From a virus, in IMG/VR virus record IMGVR_UViG_3300031228_000003, positions 1 to 39,847 of that record: a DNA stretch of 39,847 nucleotides. One strand, 5' to 3'. Below are positions 39,661-39,847 of this stretch, piece by piece. The notes beneath the pieces were generated by a model. The model did not search any database, was not told where the DNA came from, and saw only the letters and a list, made by a program, of their open reading frames with translations. The position numbers and the translations under genes are program-made. Numbering within the stretch: the first letter of the stretch is position 1; each line of letters begins with the position of its first letter.

Positions 39661-39720
39661 GGAGCGGGATTCGGATGATCGATAAGGCTTACACACAAGG
39701 CGAATACACTAACTCCCTAT

Positions 39721-39847
39721 TGCCTTACTGAACACCGATCCATACCACCGGAGGGAGAGGGTTCGGGATCGGAGGGAGTTCCGCCGGGAACAGGGGGTAT
39801 AACGTTATGGGGTGAATAGGATGAGTGCAAAGGAACTTGCAGAAGAA
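39721..39847. repeat. terminal overlap identical to 1..127
   Basis: Direct comparison of both ends shows 127/127 identity. Confidence 0.95.
39793..39812. repeat. PAL copy (duplicate of 73..92 within the terminal overlap)
   Basis: It lies inside the 127-nt overlap and is not an independent copy. Confidence 0.9.

Noticed and set aside
1-39847. Lysogeny module (integrase, CI/Cro switch, attP)
   Set aside because: No tyrosine or serine recombinase motifs or transposase are visible in any ORF. Only small HTH-like proteins are present, so temperate status cannot be supported from the sequence.

Overview
The window is a complete, circularly closed tailed dsDNA phage genome. Its organisation is siphovirus-like. 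The first 127 nt are repeated exactly at 39721..39847, so the unique length is 39,720 bp and the repeat looks like an assembler overlap. Gene density is high (about 59 CDS). I found no tRNA, rRNA, CRISPR array, integrase or obvious CI-type repressor. Modules: (i) a rightward block of small early genes at 101..7875, including a DnaC/IstB-like ATPase, a minimal C5 cytosine methyltransferase, a zinc-ribbon protein and a MazG-like protein. (ii) A leftward packaging and head block at 7983..12937: small terminase, large terminase, Mu gp29/DUF935-like portal, Mu F/SPP1 gp7-like protein and Mu G-like protein. (iii) A rightward late block at 13030..30268: protease/scaffold, lambda D-like decoration protein, lambda E-like major capsid, Mu gp36-like connector, an embedded lysis cassette with a GH19 endolysin, tail and fibre genes, a tail chaperone with a -1 frameshift, and a 1468-aa tape measure. 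(iv) A rightward block at 30771..39450 with small acidic proteins, a ParB-like protein, an ERF recombinase, an SF2 helicase and a winged-helix replication initiator-like protein. The most unusual property is not a protein but a dense grammar of intergenic repeats. There are 29 exact copies of the palindromic core ATAACGTTAT, usually as GCCC-ATAACGTTAT-GGGC, at gene boundaries, and they often supply or touch the stop codon. There is also a 23-nt CCCTCAAAATTTGC-N3-GAATCA box (4 copies), a 64-bp composite element present twice, a CAAATCACA leader motif (at least 8 exact copies), and a CTACGATCGTAG operator-like palindrome (3 copies). A 502-bp non-coding hub at 30269..30770 concentrates all of these. 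Functional calls come from motif recognition by eye and memory, not from database searches. The host is unknown; strong GGAG/GGGG Shine-Dalgarno usage is visible.
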